Positions 63,619-64,000 of a DNA stretch of 64,000 nt are shown here, one piece after another. Location of the stretch: positions 5,194 to 69,193 of the forward strand of contig DBAY01000057.1 in the NCBI GenBank assembly GCA_002291925.1, read 5' to 3'. Positions within the stretch are counted from its first letter, which is position 1. Every line of letters starts with the position of its first letter. The DNA is from Alphaproteobacteria bacterium UBA998 (GTDB lineage: Bacteria; Pseudomonadota; Alphaproteobacteria; Rickettsiales; UBA998). The translations under genes and the position numbers were made by a program. Under the pieces are notes generated by a model that was given only the letters and a program-made list of their open reading frames with translations, was not told the origin of the DNA and ran no database searches.

Positions 63619-63706
63619 CTTTTGTGACGGTCGCGTGACGGCAGGTGGTTTTGGAGTTGATAGCCGGTCTGCAGGGGGGTAAGGACAGCATAAAAAAGTT
63701 TGCATT

Positions 63707-64000
63707 ATGCTTTTATCCGCGCCATCTCACATAACACTGATTCCACGCGCATTCGCCGCACATTCACTGCGGATTGCGCGGCATGCACAACATCTTTCAG
63801 GCAATATCAATACGGCCGTGGGAGCGGTCATCTGGAAAGAAACGCCTGACGGGCGTTATCAGGGCATTGCAGTCAATGCCAACCGTTTTCCGGCAGGCCT
63901 TTCACGGCATGATGTACGCTACACCAAGCGCTATTTTACTGATTTTGATTTGCATGCTGAGAAGGGAGCGGTTGTGATTGCCGCCCGTGCCGGAAAATCC
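63707..64000 (+). CDS. cytidine/deoxycytidylate deaminase-like protein, 3' end cut by window edge
   Basis: Frame 2 is open from the ATG at 63707 to the window end. TAVGAVIWKETPDGRYQGIAVNANRFP...DLHAEKGAVVIAA resembles the VGAV...HAE zinc-ligand region of CDA-fold deaminases. The PCxxC part would lie outside the window. Confidence 0.4.
   Translation, partial: MLLSAPSHITLIPRAFAAHSLRIARHAQHLSGNINTAVGAVIWKETPDGRYQGIAVNANRFPAGLSRHDVRYTKRYFTDFDLHAEKGAVVIAARAGKS

Noticed and set aside
62077-63705. 542-aa minus-strand ORF opposite metE
   Set aside because: Antisense shadow ORF in a GC-rich gene. MetE motifs are on the plus strand.
1-64000. Prophage, defence island (RM, TA, CBASS, retron and similar) or secretion-system cluster
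   Set aside because: I recognised no phage structural or replication genes, no restriction or methylase genes, and no cyclase-effector pairs in any frame. The only mobile-DNA signatures are the IS, the integrase remnant and the small repeats.

Overview
GC-rich bacterial chromosomal segment (about 60% GC judged by eye, not computed). Gene content and order look alphaproteobacterial, but that is inference only. Most of the window is housekeeping. It holds purEK, dapA-smpB, tig-clpP, serA/serC, thrS-infC, folE, hisI-metE, ispE, ETF-QO, rnhB, znuCB and bfd-bfr. It also holds a polyhydroxyalkanoate block: phaZ, then phaB-phaA, a class III-like phaC with a small coupled ORF, and phaR. Five tRNA genes are present. 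Two of them converge on a 1.1-kb AT-rich scar that contains an integrase remnant and an IS1016-like (IS1595 family) element. Intergenic DNA carries at least five flavours of palindromic GTC...GAC-bounded repeat units, including a ~205-bp element present twice. The best candidate for something undescribed is the 26.5-32 kb locus. It has two divergently transcribed large orphan proteins (836 aa with an internal tandem duplication, and 684 aa) that share an R-W-[LM]/hydrophobic motif and an A-T-[LV]-H C-terminus, followed by an EI24/CysZ-like membrane protein. Other notable items are an orphan AlgE-type mannuronan C5-epimerase-like RTX protein beside a tRNA, a trigger factor and a ZnuC with related His/Asp/Cys-rich tails, an atypical Nudix protein in an AT-richer patch, and a redoxin-like/2OG-oxygenase fusion next to bfd-bfr. 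I found no CRISPR array, rRNA, prophage or recognisable defence system. All family calls come from motif recognition in the supplied translations; no searches were run.
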